Shown: positions 60,210-64,000 of the stretch, piece after piece
Numbering within the stretch: the first letter of the stretch is position 1
Layout: every line of letters starts with the position of its first letter
Assembly (NCBI GenBank): GCA_042408215.1
Contig: JAYFMW010000027.1
Coordinates: 1-64,000 of the forward strand
Direction of reading: 5' to 3'
DNA from: Microcoleus sp.
Lineage (GTDB): Bacteria > Cyanobacteriota > Cyanobacteriia > Cyanobacteriales > Microcoleaceae
DNA length: 64,000 nt
Program-made: the position numbers and the translations under genes
Notes under the pieces: model-generated
What the model saw: the letters and a program-made list of their open reading frames with translations, nothing else
Database searches by the model: none
What the model was told of the DNA's origin: nothing

Positions 60210-60491
60210 ATGACACAACAAATTGGACGTCAAAGAGATACTAATGCTTGGATTTTACAGTGTTGGGTTTCCTTTATTTTAGCCACTTCTACCACGGCGA
60301 TCGGTATCATTTATCTGCCCGTAGATATCTGGGTAAAAAGCTTTGTGGGTATGGGTTTAACTTTCTCGGTTGGTTCCTCTTTTACTTTAGCAAAAACCAT
60401 TCGGGATAACAATGAGGCAACTAGATTGACTGCCAGAATTGATGAGGCTAGAGTTGAGAAAATTCTCGCGGAACACCATCCTTTGAAATAA
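60210..60491 (+). CDS. YiaA/YiaB two-helix membrane protein
   Basis: W.SF....T..IGIIYLPVD.WVK.F..MG..F.VGSSFTLAKTIRD. Confidence 0.85.
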   Translation: MTQQIGRQRDTNAWILQCWVSFILATSTTAIGIIYLPVDIWVKSFVGMGLTFSVGSSFTLAKTIRDNNEATRLTARIDEARVEKILAEHHPLK

Positions 60492-60663
60492 TTGGCGGTT
60501 GAAACCGCTTCTACACAAACGAAGTCCACTCCAAGCGGACTAAGAGATTGAGAACGTGAAAGTTATATTTTGTATAAAAATAGCCCGCGCAGGCGGGCTT
60601 TGTTTTTGTAGCCACAGGTTGCAACCTGTGGATTTTGATTGTGGATTTCAATGGCTACGTTAA

Positions 60664-61128
60664 TCAACCTTTAAAGGTACGATCGCCCAATCTAGATTTT
60701 TGGCGCCCGCGAGCACGGGTCCGAATCGTCGCATACTCCGGGGGAAAGCCAACTACAGGAATCACCTGATCCTTGCGTTCTTCTTCCAGATTTTTGAGTT
60801 CGGTGTAATCAACCCAGTGAATGCAATTCACCGGACAAGTGTCGATCGCCTCAGCAATCAACTCTTCTGAATCACCATCTTGTCGAACTACGCGCGATCG
60901 CCCGTAATCCGGTTCAATGTAAAATGTATTGCGAGCAACATGAGCGCAGTGCTTGCAGCCAATGCAGGTAATCTCGTCAACGTAGACACCTTTTTGCCGC
61001 AACAAGCCGCCCAACTCCGGTTCTAAACCAGTGCGATCGGGCGCATCCCGCAAAAAACCACCCAACTCAGGCTCTAAACCAGAACGATCGCCCGCAGTCT
61101 CTATTTCAACTCCAGAAATCTCCGACAT
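60664..61128 (-). CDS. ferredoxin (single-cluster, Fer4_13-like)
   Basis: VYVDEITCIGCKHCAHVA...AIDTCPVNCIHW. Confidence 0.9.
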   Translation of the reverse strand: MSEISGVEIETAGDRSGLEPELGGFLRDAPDRTGLEPELGGLLRQKGVYVDEITCIGCKHCAHVARNTFYIEPDYGRSRVVRQDGDSEELIAEAIDTCPVNCIHWVDYTELKNLEEERKDQVIPVVGFPPEYATIRTRARGRQKSRLGDRTFKG

Positions 61129-61252
61129 TTAGACCTCTTTCAATAGAACAGTCTTGGACGCACTCCGACAAAGAAACCGGGTTTTTACCGAATTTTCGGT
61201 GTAACGAAGTCTTCTCGTAAAAAAACCCGGTTTCTAGGCCCCATGCGTTTAT

Positions 61253-62800
61253 AATAAATACCCTGAAAACCCTGTGACTTTAGTCCAGGGATGAAAGGGC
61301 GTGGCAGGATTTATCCTGCCTGTTCGTAAGTTTCAATATAACATAATGTTTAACCGTCCCCGGACAAATACTTCTAGCAATTGAGACCAAGGTAAAGATT
61401 TGTTTAGGATTAATTAACTTATTAATTCACGATATACACTAAACCTAGTGTCACAATAGCCAGTCAGTTAAATGTACGCAGTACAAAAAGATGTTTGGCA
61501 TTTAAAAGAACTCGACAAAACCATTGTCGAACAACTCTTGAGATGGTCAAATAATCTGTTTAATGTCGGCACTTACGAAAGTCGGCAACAATACTTTAAG
61601 AACCAAAGCGTAGTTAAATATCCAGATTTGTATAAAATCACCAAAACCAACGAAAATTACAGGTTGCTATACTCTCAAGTCGCCCAGCAATCTCTTAAAT
61701 CTGTCGCGGAATCTTTTACTTCTTTCCGAGCCTTAGAGAAGTTGGCAAATCAAGGAGAAATCCATCAAAAACCCAGACTACAAAGGTACAGAACCAAAGG
61801 GGGAATGTACCCTGTTTCGTATCCCGGTCAAGCCTTAAAGGTAATTGGAAATAAAGTCAGATTACCCCTAGGGAAAAAAGGAAAAGAATACTTTGGGAAA
61901 GATGCTATATGGGTAAATTTACCGGAAAGACTGAAGAATTGCCAGATTAAAGAGCTTCGACTAATCCCTAGAAATGGTGAGGTCTGGGTCGAATATGTCC
62001 ACGAATCCCTGACTGAACAAGCCCCTAGTTGCAGCTTGGAAGTGACAGGGGTTCTGGGAATAGATCATGGCATCAATAACTGGTTAACTTGTGTCTCTAG
62101 CAATGGTAAACCTTTCATCATTGATGGACTTAGACTCAAGTCTTGGAACCAATGGTTTAACAAAGAAAAAGCGAGAATTCAATCAGAACACGCAATACAT
62201 AAATTACCCAAAGGTTTCTCGTCAAAAAGATTACAACAGTTGTCGGAAATTCGCACTAGAAGGATGAGAGATGCTGTCAACAAAGCAGTTAGAACCATCG
62301 TAGATTATTGCGAAAATAACCAAATTAACGTCTTAGTCTTTGGTTGGAATAAAGGACAGAAGCAAGAAGTTAATATGGGGGGAGTGACTAATCAGAACTT
62401 TGTCCAAATACCCACCGCTAAAGTCAAAGAAAGGCTCCAACAAGAATGTGACTTAAAGGGGTGGCGATTTGTCGAACAAGACGAATCTTACACCTCAAAA
62501 GCAAGTTTTTTAGACCGAGATATTTTGCCAGTAAAAGTCGGTGAAAAACCTGACAATTGGCAACCATCGGGTAAAAGAATCAAAAGAGGATTGTACTGTT
62601 CGGCTCAGGGATTAATATTGAATGCAGATATTAATGGTGCAGCCAACATCATCAGAAAGTCAAAAGTAGCCATAGACTCAATTATCGAGCGAGTGGGTAG
62701 CGGGTTGCTGACTAATCCTTTGAGAATTAAACTTTGGGCGGATTCATCCCCCAAAGTTTGTCCTTAAGAATCCCCGTGTCGACCGACCGGGGAGTGTCAA
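61253..62800 (+). mobile_element. IS200/IS605-family tnpB-only element
   Basis: Left hairpin ccctgtgactttagtccaggg; right end gaatccccgtgtcgaccgaccggggagtgTCAA; left boundary approximate. Confidence 0.8.
61472..62767 (+). CDS. tnpB: RNA-guided endonuclease TnpB
   Basis: SQVAQQ.L, GIDHGINNW, FGWNKGQK, DESYTSKASFLD, LNADINGAANI. Confidence 0.93.
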   Translation: MYAVQKDVWHLKELDKTIVEQLLRWSNNLFNVGTYESRQQYFKNQSVVKYPDLYKITKTNENYRLLYSQVAQQSLKSVAESFTSFRALEKLANQGEIHQKPRLQRYRTKGGMYPVSYPGQALKVIGNKVRLPLGKKGKEYFGKDAIWVNLPERLKNCQIKELRLIPRNGEVWVEYVHESLTEQAPSCSLEVTGVLGIDHGINNWLTCVSSNGKPFIIDGLRLKSWNQWFNKEKARIQSEHAIHKLPKGFSSKRLQQLSEIRTRRMRDAVNKAVRTIVDYCENNQINVLVFGWNKGQKQEVNMGGVTNQNFVQIPTAKVKERLQQECDLKGWRFVEQDESYTSKASFLDRDILPVKVGEKPDNWQPSGKRIKRGLYCSAQGLILNADINGAANIIRKSKVAIDSIIERVGSGLLTNPLRIKLWADSSPKVCP

Positions 62801-62835
62801 TTGATTGTTAAACCAATGTTTCAAGCTAGACGCAT

Positions 62836-63222
62836 CTAAGCGCACCAGCGCTGTACCACCAAGCGAATCGAACCATCTTGATTTTGCTTTTGCTCAGAAA
62901 CTTGGAAACCCTGTTTGGCGCTCTCATTCACCACCGTATGGTATGCGTAGCGCTGAGTCACCTTATTGAGAAAACGGTCTACAGACCAAGCTTGCTGCCA
63001 AAATTGCAAATCAGCCACCAATTCATACTCAGTCCCGTTCCAGCTAAAACCTAAGTCATAGCCGTTTTCTTGCTGAATAACCACCTCAGCGGTACTGGTT
63101 AGGCCGCGATAGCCCCGCACCTCAGTCGGGCCCGACTTCCAGTCGATACCCAAGTCAGTTAAAGCAGCTTCCAAAGAAGTCAAATTGCGGATCTGGGTCT
63201 TAATTTGGCTAAAATGTGACAT
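62836..63222 (-). CDS. DUF1257 / Ycf35 family protein
   Basis: MSHFS.IKTQIR...YELVADLQFW...FL.KVTQRYAY. Confidence 0.9.
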   Translation of the reverse strand: MSHFSQIKTQIRNLTSLEAALTDLGIDWKSGPTEVRGYRGLTSTAEVVIQQENGYDLGFSWNGTEYELVADLQFWQQAWSVDRFLNKVTQRYAYHTVVNESAKQGFQVSEQKQNQDGSIRLVVQRWCA

Positions 63223-63262
63223 GGTGATTCCCCAAAAATTTAAGTGAACTCTACAAAAAAAG

Positions 63263-63472
63263 TTACCAATCGCTAAAAGCGACTTGGGCTGTCGCTTCGG
63301 CTGACTGATGCAGCACCTGGGCGAAATATTCAGATGTTGACTCTTGATGAAGCACCACGCCTAGCTGAGCTTCGATCGCAGCCGTTACCTCAGCGCAGGA
63401 AGCTCCGACAATGCCGGTGACTGTTTCCTGGACGCGGCCATCTGGATAAATCACAAACTCTAGTGTTTCCAT
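63263..63472 (-). CDS. DUF2997 family protein
   Basis: LEF.IYPDGRV.E.VTGIVG.SC.EVT..IE..LG.V. Confidence 0.88.
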   Translation of the reverse strand: METLEFVIYPDGRVQETVTGIVGASCAEVTAAIEAQLGVVLHQESTSEYFAQVLHQSAEATAQVAFSDW

Positions 63473-64000
63473 GTTTGTTATCAAAGAGTGGCTGACTGAA
63501 TAGGAATAGTGGGACTAGACATCGGTAGCAGTAAGCTAGCGACGATGCCTGCTGAATTCGCTTCTTGAGGTTGGCGTTGCTCGCGAACCTCTAAATCAAT
63601 TTTGACGAATTGATAGGTTGCGAGTCACAACTTAACAAAACTTATTAATATCTAGAAGCATAACGTCAGTTATCTGTAAAGTTTCGCGTACTTTGTGACA
63701 TCAGTCAATGGATTTTAGATTTTAGATTTTAGAGGGGAGTCGGCCGCCTGTCACGTTCTACGGTCGATCGGACGCAGGGCTTTTTTCTCGATCCCCGCCT
63801 GTACCGGGGCTTTGTAGCCCGGATGCTAGATCCTCACTAGGGATCTCGCCTGTGTTGGTTGTCGCACTTGGCGATCGTGTGCTGCGGGGATCTGGATATT
63901 CTGTTGTTTATGCGGGGTTACTTATCAATTGCTGCCAATTCAATAATCAGGGATTATCAAAAGTTTGAGTTTAAGATCGATCGAATGACGCAGGATGATG

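Overview
Chromosomal segment of a filamentous cyanobacterium; the dense HIP1 (GCGATCGC) sites, 7-bp tandem repeats and palindromic dispersed repeats suggest an Oscillatoriales/Microcoleus-like genome (inference). (1) 1-8480 is the decaying end of an element integrated at the 3' side of tRNA-Ser(CGA): frameshifted ParB-like gene, Uma2, an IS630-truncated AAA ATPase, and a TAGACA iteron-like array next to an RHH gene that carries a canonical -1 frameshift cassette. (2) 8.7-27.3 kb is mostly core genes (comEC, radC, sdhB, HLIP, Deg-like protease, ycf66, psbX, yggT, accC, tRNA-Leu) plus a cluster of TnpB elements and orphan omegaRNA-like ends. (3) 27.3-38.1 kb is an accessory patch: a broken TPR-CHAT (caspase-like) three-gene module with a 13x129-bp in-frame expansion and a HIP1-bounded insertion, toxin/immunity-like pairs and an orphan mazE. 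(4) 38-64 kb has core genes (UbiH-like hydroxylase, GH108, TPR-GT41, miaE, malic enzyme, argS), an AlbA_2/Schlafen-NB-ARC-TPR protein, an XRE + ImmA/IrrE pair facing an uncharacterised operon through three TTGA-N8-TCAA boxes, and a further tnpB element inside the DUF2997-DUF1257-ferredoxin cluster. No CRISPR array, rRNA or integrase is seen. All family assignments are from motif recognition by eye; no searches were run.
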